From: Tubiluchus corallicola
Taxonomy: Eukaryota; Animalia; Priapulida
Reading direction: 5' to 3'
Length of the DNA: 64,000 nt
Assembly: GCA_030141605.1 (NCBI GenBank)
Contig: JAQGDQ010000470.1
Location: forward strand, 111,355 to 175,354
Shown: piece after piece, positions 13,073 through 23,560 of the stretch
Numbering within the stretch: the stretch's first letter is position 1
Layout of the letters: each line of letters begins with the position of its first letter
Notes under the pieces: generated by a model
What the model saw: only the letters and a program-made list of their open reading frames with translations
What the model was told of the DNA's origin: nothing
The model's database searches: none
Made by a program: the position numbers and the translations under genes

Positions 13073-16000
13073 CTAGTAGTAGCAGCAGCAGCCGCAGCAG
13101 TAGTAGTAAAATCTTTATTTACCATTTTAAAAACATTGACCATCATATTAAAAGACAGAAAATCAGTTTTAGTTCATACAAAAAACATACACTGTTCTGG
13201 GCAAATGCGTCTGGTGCAAACTAAACTATAAGTGCAACTAGAAATTCAAAAATAAAATATAAACTAGTTTAGTAAGGTCTAGGAAAAATGAAATTTTGAT
13301 TTGAGTAAGTATCATCGTGTTCGTATGTCGGATATTCAAAACGAGTCATAAATGTTTTTTATAGTTTTTTAGACTTGAATAGTGATAAAGAGCTGCTGTG
13401 TTTTAGTGATGTCGGTAATGAATTCCAAAGTTGTATTGCTTGCTTACGTAATGCTATTCTTTCCATATTGATTGTTCGTTCTCACGTTTCTTAAATTTAG
13501 TGGTCTGTTATTCATACTGGGGGTTTTAAGAAGTGAGAGCTTATTGTTTTTGAAAGGAGAATTAATATTGTTGATATATTTATAAAGAAACAAGAGATGA
13601 TGCTAAAGTTGTTAGAGGTATTGCAAATGCAAAAACTGAAAAACGTATGAAAACAGAAGACAAAAATCCCAACACATAAAGACTAAAAAGCAGAGCACGA
13701 ACAGAAAATAATGCCGCTTCTATGAATCAAATTTAAGAGCTATGAATAGTTTTTTGAAGTGAAAAGTTACATCTCGAAAGGGTATACATAGCTCTTTAGA
13801 ATGAGGAAGAACAGGGCTACCCTTTTGAGCTACATTTTAGGACACGTCTACCAAGAGGAGCTGTGACGAGTTAGTTAGATGTTCTATTTTTGGCAATTTT
13901 CGCTTAGAAAACTGCTGACGCAAAGCCATTGTTCTGACGTCATCCATTATACTCTGCCTATAACTTTAATTCAGTAAAAGCTGCTGCTGGCTTTGCGTTA
14001 TAAATGAGGACTATACAGGATGTTCGCGTATTATTGATTATCAGTGTATTTGCACGCAAATTTTTTTACGGGGCCTTTGCTAGTTATCTATTAAAGGGAT
14101 TACTAGACAACTAATCAACAGGATCTATTGTTCTTGCTAATGATTTTGCTTAAAATTCATCTATTTTAAGAATTTTTTTCGTTGTATGTTATACGGTTTA
14201 ACTGCATTCCTCCACATAATTCGAGACGCTTTTAGATTTTCATGTAATTTTTGAAGCAAACGAAATGGTCACTGAACGGTAGGTATAAATAAGTACAGCT
14301 AAACAAAATAGAGGAATACAGGTATACACTTAAAAACAAATCACCTACTTTTCCAGTACACGAAATGTAAATTTCTTCAAAATTCTATTACAGTTAATCA
14401 GACTTGTCTCAGAGGAAAACATGGATGGTATGGAACCAGTTAACAGTTTGCATGACTACAAGATGGTAAGTTTCTACCAAAAATTCTCCAAAATTGCATA
14501 AGCAAACGAGGTTTAAAATAGAGGCAAGATCGGAAATGCACTGAGGGGAAAACTGATGCAAGACCGAGTCCAGTACTGCTCGTATTCAGGTTTCAAAACC
14601 CGTCTGCTGTTTCCATTACCATGCAGTACACGTGAATGCCTTGTTCATCTGCTGTTACTTTTGATGGTGAATGCCTTGTTCATCTGCTGTTACTTTTGAT
14701 GGTGAATGCCATGTTCATCTGCTGTTACTTTTGATGGTGAATGCCTTCTTCATCTGCTGTTACTTTTGATGGTGAATGCCTTGTTCATCTGCTGTTACTT
14801 TTGATGGTGAATGCCTTCTTCATCTGCTGTTACTTTTGATTGCTTTCTAGCTTTTGATGTGACGGTTTAAAAATACACAGGTTTGTTAAAAGTACCGGAA
14901 TCAGCCCGACTTGTACCTATAGATACTAAAAAGATAGCTAATCCAAAGAATTTCATTCTTTTGGACTCAAATTCGCAAATGTGAACAGCTTTGCGAATTA
15001 CTGTCGGCAAGAAATTGCAAATATTCTGACTCTAACTGAAGTAAACTTACCAAGTAAGTCGCAAACGTGTTCAGACTAGACAGAAAACTCGCACTACTAT
15101 TCACTGCTAAAAGTGTCTAGAGCAAATCGCAAAGCAATTCACACTTGCCTGCTTACTGCCAGACATAAAACTCACATTATTCACTGCTAAAAATGTCTAG
15201 AGCAAATCGCAAAGCAATTCACACTTGCCTGCTTACTGCCAGACAGAAAACTCACACTATTCACTGCTAAAAGTGTCTAGAGCACATCGCAAAGCAATTT
15301 ACACTTGCCAGCTTACTGCCAGACAGAAAACTCACACTATTCACTGCTAAAGTGTCTAGAGCAAATAACAAAGCAATTCACACTTGCCTGTTTACTGCTA
15401 GACAGAAAACTCGCAGTATTCACTGCTAAAAGTGTCTAGAGCAAGTCGCAAAGCAATTCACACTTGCCTGCTTACTGCCAGACATAAAACTCGCACTATT
15501 CACTGCTAAAAGTGTCTAGAGCACATCGCAAAGCAAATCACACTTGCCAGTTTACCGCCAGACATAAAACTCGCAACAGTAAACTCGCTAATCTTTATTA
15601 GACACAGCACAAAGCCTCCAAACTTAAAACGTTTACTTAGAAAGGGAAGTTCAGACCACCATAGAATAACTGACTACCGTTGTAAGTAGTTGGATATTAA
15701 GTGACATCTGATTAATACTATTATAACTTTTGTATATAGGGTATCGAAGCAGATAGAAGTGCGGGGGAAGAATGTCTTTTGACAACTTTGCAAAGTACAT
15801 TCGATGAAGCAAAGAATATGTTCGTTGCCATGGTAAGCTCATTTTTGTAACTGCACTAGATCGTAGACTGTGTGCTAAAAATGAGCACATTTTGACGATA
15901 TTTGTAAGACAATTTATTAATCAATGCTTCTAAGTTACTTTTATCAAGTTCATAACAAGTTTCATTTGCCGCTCTATGGCCGGTTACTTTATGAATTTGC

Positions 16001-18944
16001 GCAAGCCCTGACTCAGCCATATTAGGTTGAAAACACCGGTTCTCGTCTAATCATCGAAGTTAAGCAACGTAGAGCCTGGTTAGTACTTGGATGACCGCCT
16101 AGGAATACCAGGTGCTGTAGGCTTGCGGGATGCCCACACTGTATCTCGACACTAGGTGGAGGAGCTGCATAAGCAGTCAACGGCTAGAGGGCGGAGGTCA
16201 AGTGACCCAACGGCCATGTGTGGGAGGAGTAAACCTTCCAAATCAGGAGTGGAGCCCCGAAAGCGGACCAGTGCAGTATGCTCACTGACTCCGGCAGCTC
16301 CTGCAGCCAACCTGGTGCCAAACGTATCGCTCCGCTTTCCTTTGGACTACACCAGGGAGGAAGAGAGGGGGTTCCTGTTGTCTGGGCAACTCAGGATCTC
16401 CATTGCCCAGGCGTGTGCCCTGGAGAGGCCACTCCAGTGGTTCAAGGATCGGACTGCTCAGCCACAGTCGACGATGCAGCTCCATCAATGTGATCAATAA
16501 CTGACTCTCTTGACACTCACTCCATTGTCTTCCGAGACAGAAGGATGCCTACAACTGAAGTAAATGAAAAAGTCAGACAGCAATATCTATCTCGCGCAAC
16601 TATATGTTTTCAAAACGTGTTTAAAATTAACTAAGCACGCAGTTAAATATGTGATAGTTTTTAGTATTTAACAGGCACATGTAAGAAGCGTTTAGTCTTT
16701 GTGTCTCCCTCTACTGCCCCACATTATTATGTCACTTTTTATACATGTACTATTTATTAATGTGTATTTCATGTTTTTATATGATGTATATGTATGTATG
16801 TGTGTGTATATTTTTAATGTATATTGTTTACTTTTTATTTGGTGTGCAATAAAGGAAAACCGGATGATTGTGTAAATATTAGTTCAGAATAATAAATGCT
16901 CTAAAATGTTGAAAACTACAAAGTTTTTTTAAATCAAAGCTTACATTAAATAATAATTACCTCGGATACTCAAGTTTTGTTAAACTTTCAAAGCTACGCG
17001 TGGCTCAGTGAATCTACTAAGATTGGCAGCGGCGCCTTTTTGTCACGTGCGCGTGGCCGACAAATAGAAGACGGTGCCGTGATAATCATGATCATGAATT
17101 GTAGTGTTAGTTTCTGACGTCATATGACGTAGACCCCATTATTCGTGACATTATGCGTTTAAACAGTACTGTAACACTTACGCAAAGGTGCTTGATACGC
17201 AAGGGAAGACGCCTGCCATTGTACAAACTGTGGTTCGTTTCTGACGTAAGCAATAGCTGTGTTCGAGTGCCGTTTATTAACTTTCTAAGCTAATTATTCA
17301 AATACAAGAAACTATTGTTAACTTATATAGGCAAGAAAATGTATATTTTGGACAGCAAATTAAAATGAATCTGAGTCTAAACAATCGTCCGGTTTTCCTT
17401 TAAACTAAACTTAGATGTGCCGCGTTTACATGGCAATTTGTCGAACAGCACAGAATTTTGTGCAGCGTTATGCACTAAACTGTAGACTAGCTTATTTGAT
17501 GAACTTTTCGAATTTTATTCCATAATTTCAGTCAATGTACACAGGACAAGATGCAACGAATGATGCGGAAACAACGATAGAAGAATACGAACTTGGGCCA
17601 GCGGTCAGTAATGTTGACCAGGTTGCTAGAAAATACGTAGCGGACTTCTGTTACGGTCTGCCAGCTCATTGGTTACTTCCAGGTAGGGAGCCAAACTTAC
17701 AGGAGAGTAAGAGGAAAGGAGTTTGCAATTTCCCGCACAGTATAAATACCCAACCCCAACCCCAACCCCAAACCCATCCCCAACCCCAACCCAACCCCAA
17801 CCCCAACCCCAACCCCAACCCTATCCCCAATCCCAACCCCAGCCTAACCCTAACCCTATCCCTATCCCTAACACTAGCCCTAATCCTATCCCTATCCCTC
17901 TCCCTAACCCTAATCCTAACCTATCCCTATCCCTATCCCTAGCCCTAACCCTAACCCTGACCCTAACCCTAATCTTGAGCCTAACCCTAACCTTGACCCT
18001 AACCCGAGTCCAACTGTGTACTAACCCTAATCCTAATAATAGACCTAATCAGCTTCGCAAACCAGTTTCGTGTGATTAACGTGTATTTTTAAAATATAAG
18101 CGCAGATTAAATCACTAAAACAAGTCAACGTCATTTACTCCCACGTGTGATGGACATTCATGCAAATTAGACGTTTAGTGATAACATTAAAGTCAAAAGG
18201 CATTCCGGCCGGGTGAACAGCCTAGTGGTCACACACGTGTGTTTCAACATTAAAGTTAAGCTACGCGGAGGTTGATCAGCGAATGTCTCGTGGCGGGCTG
18301 TTTTCAATATTCATTCTGGGAGATTTCATTTGCCATGCTACTGCTTACTACTTACCTCATTAAGGGAAGACGCATGTGGCTAAAATGCTTGTGACGGTTC
18401 AGTGGCTCGTCTTCAACAATTATCCTTGATAATGAGCCAGGATCCGGTCTTGCCACAAACAACCACTTTGAGCATGCCCTGCACGCTGGATTCTGGCTTG
18501 CAGTGAGTCAATTGTAGAAAAAACATTTTAAAACAAAGCGCGCATATCCCCTGATTTTCAACAAGCTTACTGGAGAATTATCAAAATTCTAGTGTTGCAG
18601 GCTTCACATGAATACATATGTTACGTCATGACTAAAGAAACAAATTCCACAATTAAAGCAAGGAAACAGGATGACGTCTCATATCACTACTGATAATCTG
18701 GTGTAAAATCACATAAAGTTACTAATATTAATTTTGGATTTTTTTATATTACTTACACAAAAAATATCACACAAAAAAGGACTAAAATCACAGAGGCATA
18801 GTGAACAAAAGCACATGAGAAACACACTGCAACCGAGAAAGAGAGAGAGAGTGAGAGAGAGAAAAAGAAGAGAAGGAGAAAAAGCAAGAGTGAGAAAGAG
18901 AAAGAGGGAGAGGGAGAGAGAGGAGAAGAGAAAGAGAGAAAGCA

Positions 18945-19028
<84 letters not shown>

Positions 19029-19449
19029 GACAGGTGATTTGAAATGTTGTGTTTTCTCCTAAATGCGGATTTTTAATTAAATTGCTCTAGTCTTGTCATT
19101 AACAATGAAATTTTAGCTAAATACTAAGTACATTGAATCGCATGTAGTCATTTTTTTCTGCTTTGCTACAGTTTCAGATGCGGGATTAATGAACCAAGGA
19201 ACTTCCGATACCAGCAGCATCCAATCAGCACTCACAGGGCGTAGAATAAAGCGTAGGACGCGTCGCGTGTACGCATGTACAAGACGCGGTAGACGACGCG
19301 TACGATGCGGTTACGTCATCATATATGAACCAGATTACTACTATCCCTATGACAATTATTACTACAGGCCTCGCCGTCGTCGTCGTCGTCGCCGTCGCCG
19401 ACGCCGTCCGCCAGTGATCGTGCAATATCACCCATACTACTACTACTAA
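9665..19449 (+). CDS. Secreted BRICHOS-domain precursor with a C-terminal Arg/Tyr-rich peptide, 246 aa, 6 coding exons: 9665-9719, 11687-11778, 14394-14465, 15740-15832, 17532-17682, 19172-19449
   Basis: All introns GT-AG with matching phases (1,0,0,0,1); 741 nt spliced, no internal stop. Signal peptide MALLQRNICFSLILLIST; BRICHOS hallmarks VEIDEE..., LHDYKMG (conserved Asp), EECLL (Cys1), DFCYGLPAHWL (Cys2); furin site RRIKR; AATAAA at ~19492. Confidence 0.85.
10319..10600. repeat. 47-bp minisatellite, 6 copies (intronic)
   Basis: Unit TAGCTTTAGTTTAAAACTTGGCTTCACAGTACGCTCTGGCACCAGTG. Confidence 0.95.
11687..11778 (+). CDS. BRICHOS precursor exon 2 (VPISRSQQDGYEDSFTSPQPVLQVEIDEELQ)
   Basis: TTTTTGCAG acceptor, CAG|GTACAG donor, phase compatible. 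Confidence 0.8.
12934..13108. repeat. (AGTGGT)n/(AGT)n microsatellite forming the tail of the adjacent LINE fragment
   Basis: Direct; abuts AAAATCTTTATTT (reverse-strand AATAAA of the LINE tail). Confidence 0.9.
13109..13740 (-). mobile_element. 5'-truncated non-LTR retrotransposon (L2/CR1-group-like) 3' end
   Basis: Minus strand reads ..KQAIQLWNSLPTSLKHSSSLSLFKSK.., a typical RT-ORF C-terminus; 3' UTR nearly identical to 53150-53390. Confidence 0.75.
13786..14083 (+). mobile_element. Dispersed repeat family B, possibly a non-autonomous Helitron 3' end
   Basis: ~300 bp shared with 32925-33215; both end CGGGGCCTTTGCTAG|T, a CTAG 3' terminus. Confidence 0.55.
14394..14465 (+). CDS. BRICHOS precursor exon 3 (LIRLVSEENMDGMEPVNSLHDYKM)
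   Basis: TTACAG acceptor, ATG|GTAAGT donor; carries the HDY motif. Confidence 0.8.
14632..14840. repeat. 35-bp minisatellite, 6 copies
   Basis: Unit GTGAATGCCTTGTTCATCTGCTGTTACTTTTGATG. Confidence 0.95.
15078..15575. repeat. ~80-bp minisatellite, ~6 copies
   Basis: Unit AGACAGAAAACTCGCACTATTCACTGCTAAAAGTGTCTAGAGCAAATCGCAAAGCAATTCACACTTGCCTGCTTACTGCC. Confidence 0.95.
15740..15832 (+). CDS. BRICHOS precursor exon 4 (GIEADRSAGEECLLTTLQSTFDEAKNMFVAM)
   Basis: TTTTGTATATAG acceptor, ATG|GTAAGC donor, 93 bp; supplies the first BRICHOS Cys exactly where expected after HDYKM-G. Confidence 0.8.
16010..16555 (+). mobile_element. 5S-rRNA-derived SINE (SINE3 type) with RTE-like tail, copy 1
   Basis: 16010-16124 is a diverged 5S rRNA (GCCATATTAGGTTGAAAACACCGGTTCTCGTC...GGTGCTGTAGGCTT) joined to a ~430-bp body shared with the copies at 36567 and 39315; ends GAAGGATGCCTACAAC. 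Confidence 0.9.
16853..17399 (+). mobile_element. Kolobok-like MITE (family A), full length ~547 bp
   Basis: TIRs AGGAAAACCGGATGATTG / CAATCGTCCGGTTTTCCT, flanked by ATAA and TTAA. Confidence 0.85.
17532..17682 (+). CDS. BRICHOS precursor exon 5 (SMYTGQDATND...KYVADFCYGLPAHWLLP)
   Basis: TTTCAG acceptor, CAG|GTAGGG donor; FCxGLPxxWL is the characteristic end of BRICHOS domains. Confidence 0.85.
17748..18035. repeat. Hexamer microsatellite grading from CCCAAC to CCCTAA/CCCTAT (telomere-like, intronic)
   Basis: Direct; degenerate and internal. Confidence 0.85.
18836..19030. repeat. (GA)n microsatellite
   Basis: Direct. Confidence 0.95.
19172..19449 (+). CDS. BRICHOS precursor terminal exon: linker, RRIKR furin site and Arg/Tyr-rich mature peptide
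   Basis: TTTGCTACAG acceptor (a second in-frame AG lies 6 nt downstream); ORF ends YHPYYYY-TAA; AATAAA ~43 nt downstream. Confidence 0.88.
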
Positions 19450-20358
19450 GGATCTGACGTAGCTCAACTGTAAAAGTTTCTACGATGAAAAAATAAAAAA
19501 TAACTAATAATTTGATTAAAGACGGATGTTTATTGCCTTTTAAAACTTAGTGAAATTCGCAAGTTAAATACTAACTGCACAGCTAATATCATGGAAATTA
19601 TGCACAGATAGCAGCACTGTAGCGTGAACCTTGATAGTCTACAGTAGCTATTTTAGCGTTGAAATTATTTGAAATTGTGATTTTACGATTGTGAGTTTAA
19701 AAAGAGCAAAAATAAAAATTAGTATTGATTTTATAATTATTTGTTGTTGTTTTTCCACTTTCGGTGACACCCATTTTTAAATAAGAAATTGCACAACTGA
19801 TGAAATGATGATCTTCCAACACTATATGTACTGCACTATATGAACAGCAGGTGTCACTGTTGTTGTACTGCATTTACTGGAAAATATATGTTCATTGTTT
19901 AGAAATAACAATAAATAAAACCAATAATCTTGTAGAAAATGATGTTTTTGTCTTGAAGTTTTAATAAAATCTAACAGGATTTTCCTCACACGTCAAAATA
20001 AGCATTCCAAATCCTTGTTGCTAAGTGAACAGAACATTCAGTGATTACAGTCATTATTACACTTATCTACCTCAATTGGGGGCACGAATAGAGAACATTA
20101 AATATAAAATAAAATTAGCTTAAACGCGAAACAATAAAATTCATACGATACCATTGGGAAAGACGGAAGTAGACTCATGCGTAGAGCTCATTGCTAATTA
20201 GTAATTATTAATTAATTAGTAAAGGTATTTCTGTTGCAATCTAATATATATGTTGGTTTCTATTCAATAAGTCTATTGGTAGTCTTAAATAAGTGGTGGC
20301 TTCTTTAGATTTGACCTAAATCAAACAATGAACTTATTATAAAATCTCGTTTAAATAT

Positions 20359-20725
20359 TGTTGTGTTTTGTTTCTCTCGGAAGGCTCGTAGAGAAAACCA
20401 GAAAACACGTCATCAAATTAGTTTATTAAGCGAGAATTCTACAACACAAAAGTATGAAGGAACGCGAAATGTTTACAGTAAACGTGAAAATCTGGAAAAC
20501 GTTTTAAGTGTATCTGAAAATACAAGTATACAAGAGACTGTTTAAGTGGTGTCCGTGTGAATCTGCGTGTGTGTGTGTCAGCGGCCTGCTTCGCCTTATA
20601 TAGCCTGCTAGGGAACATTCCAGACGTTTCTTTCTAGAACATTCTACAATGTAAGACGATTATTCTAATGGAACATTCTACAATGTTCTATTTAATTCTA
20701 ATAGATGCCAGTGATCTCCACAACA
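20359..20725 (-). mobile_element. Solo LTR (367 bp) with 5-bp TSD
   Basis: TGTTGTG...CACAACA inverted termini, AATAT duplicated on both sides, minus-strand TATATAA (~20596-20602) and AATAAA (~20422-20427). Confidence 0.85.
20613..20690. promoter_or_regulatory. Cluster of heat-shock-element-like nGAAn arrays in the LTR U3
   Basis: TTC-ta-GAA-ca-TTC at 20632-20644, plus GAAcaTTC at 20613 and 20672. Confidence 0.55.
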
Positions 20726-22303
20726 AATATGAAAGCCCTCTTAAACTGTTTTGGAAAATTTATTTCTTGTTGTACATGTACGATTGTGACTTGCAAATTG
20801 AATTGAATTGATTTGAAATAAAATGAAATGAATTGAATTGAACTGAGTTATATTGAAGAAAATCCACCTAATGACGCTATTTGAAAATTATTATTTTAGA
20901 CCAAAAGTAAATGAAAAAGCTGAAATTGACTCGTCCAAATATGAAACTTTTTTCTGAAACATTTTTGGAACATTTTGGATATCATATGGCCAAAGAAAAT
21001 TTCAAATAAAGGCCTGTATGAAAATAATAAAAGACCGTTGGACAAGAAAAATAAAAAACGTGCCGTTTAGCAAAGATTGGACATATGCTCAGACTATCCG
21101 ATGATAGTCAAATGAAGATAGATCTTCAACAAAGAAACAGAAGCCTACAGGAGGACAGATGTTAACTTGATAGATGAAATTGATGCAAATCATCAGTTTA
21201 ACGTGTTGACCAAAAGTTTCTTTACTCTGAAATACAATTATTAACATTTAGTATTTTGCTTTGAATAGAAGAAAATTAGTCGCACGATTAAATGTAGTGC
21301 TATAACTAAGTACTGATATAAAAATTATGTAGACTATATTGAAATTAATTAACAATAACTTACGTTGTTAGAGTCTTTAACAGTTACAAAGACAGGAATG
21401 AGAACTCCAAGTAGCCTTAAGAACAACAATGTCACAACAATAAATTTGTAAGAAATTCACAGTCATAATGCCTAAGAAAATAGAGCAATGGCGGACAGAA
21501 CCAAAAGACGGGTAAAATGTCATACAACTAGTACAGCTATAGCTCACAAAGGCCAAAATGCCAATGTATTGAAGGATATTAGGTGCTTAAAATTTAAAAA
21601 TGTGACTGCTGTAAAAAGTAAAAAGCCTACTAAATCAACAAACAGGTGGCAGCACCGTGACAGTAATTGAAAACCAAATTAAAACCAAAAAATGGCCTAT
21701 GCACCCACTACAATAGATTTTGCATACAAAGATTTAAACGCTTCAGCAATGATCCCTTGAGGATGAACCACTTGGTCCGTTGCAGAATCCAGTGCCAGGG
21801 TGTCCTGGTACAAAGAAGTGAACAGAATCGTGTCCCTGTACGCATGATTCAAAAGATGATGGTGATTCAAAAAATAATGATGATGATGATAAATGTAAAA
21901 TCTGCAGTGACTCTAAAAGAATTCATGAATGAACTGAAAAATACTATAGTAGCCTTCAAAAAATATCTAATATGAAAACATGAAACAACACGTATTATCA
22001 ACGTTGACCCAGTAGTCTGTAGTTAGTGGCAGACCAAAACCTGTGATGCATTAACATCCACAATTTAAAATCCTCCACACACAAAACATCAACAAAACAC
22101 CTAATTTGAATTTCAATTTGTAAATATTGTAAAGTTTTAAAATCTTAAGTTTTACTGTAATTAATTATAACATCACTTGTGTTTTTAATTGTAAATTAAT
22201 TTTTAACACCATTGCTCACAGCAGTGGAAATACTGATTACACTATCAATTTTTTGAATGTAGTTTACAGTTCAACGACGTGTAATTTTAACAGCAATAAA
22301 GAA

Positions 22304-22480
<177 letters not shown>

Positions 22481-23100
22481 AATGTTATATTAGGTGACTA
22501 ACTTAACAAAACAATCTCTCATACGGTAGAAGTGCCCTACATTTTTTGCTTAACCCTGATTTGACTGTAATAGTCGGATATGCTCATTCAATTATAAAAG
22601 GCATTAAATATATGCCTTATATTATGCAAGAAAATAGTGTCATGGTCATCGGATGGTCAATTAAATGATTGTCCATCAGATGAGTTACTGAAGCTTTTCT
22701 GTTTACCTGTAAAAGTAGGTTGCGCCATGTTGCTACTCGGAACTTGACCGCATTAGACAGCTCAAGTGCTCATCAAATTCACAGGTGTATCGTCTGAGGA
22801 GTCCTACAAGCTACTAATCTATCTTTCTAATTTCAACTGCTCAGGTAAGACTTTTTATTAATTGTAACTATTTTATATCTAAAATTAATTGGAGCGTTAG
22901 ACAAATGCTTTCGCCATAGTTACAGCGCCTTAAAGAAAATAAATGAACGAATATTTAATATCTTAGATTAAAGGCATGTGCATGTTTCACGTATACGTGC
23001 GGTTTAGAGGCGACTCTTTCAGTGTCACATGCTCCTGCGGGAACCTACTAGGTATTCCATTAAGTTTCGTTATTTTTTAAGTTTCAACTTCCACATTGTG

Positions 23101-23560
23101 CATCTGATACTAATTACACAGACTCAACTTTCATCTACCCCCGCCTCTGACTCAATAAAACGATTAAGAATGTAACATTTCTAAAAAAATTATGCAATGT
23201 AATACGTGTTATGTTAGTTTTTTAATGTCAAATGTATAAATAGTGTAAATGTAATCGGTAAAATTTATGTAATGTAAAGCATGTTTCTGTTAATTGTGTC
23301 ATGTCAAATCTATATATAGTGTACAATACGTCACGTAAAATTTAATGTACTTTTGTAATATTGTTTTGTAAAAATATTGTAATATGGTGTTTGTAAATAT
23401 ATCCATTTATTGTACATAATTAGGCCTTAGTTTTGCACTTTAGTTAGTCTGCACTGGACGCATTTGTCTTAAACAGTGTTGTTATCTTAACATTACGCTG
23501 AGGCTTACTCAATTTTATTATAATGAGTGAACCATTTAAATGACAAATAAAGAATTAATA
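23101..23560 (+). mobile_element. LINE 3' UTR fragment (inverted copy at 42630-43092)
   Basis: High identity with the reverse complement of 42630-43092; contains GCACTGGACGCATTTGTC..AACAGTGT and AATAAA plus an (AAT)n tail. Confidence 0.75.

Noticed and set aside
16010-16124. 5S rRNA genes (also ~36993-37110 and ~39753-39824)
   Set aside because: Diverged or truncated, no oligo-T terminator, and always fused to the same 430-bp body, so they are SINE heads.
16156-16500. ORFs repeated at 16156-16500, 36535-37018 and 39320-39627
   Set aside because: They lie inside SINE copies and their frames are not conserved between copies.
17748-18035. True telomere or Pro-rich coding exon
   Set aside because: Short, degenerate and located after a good splice donor inside an intron.
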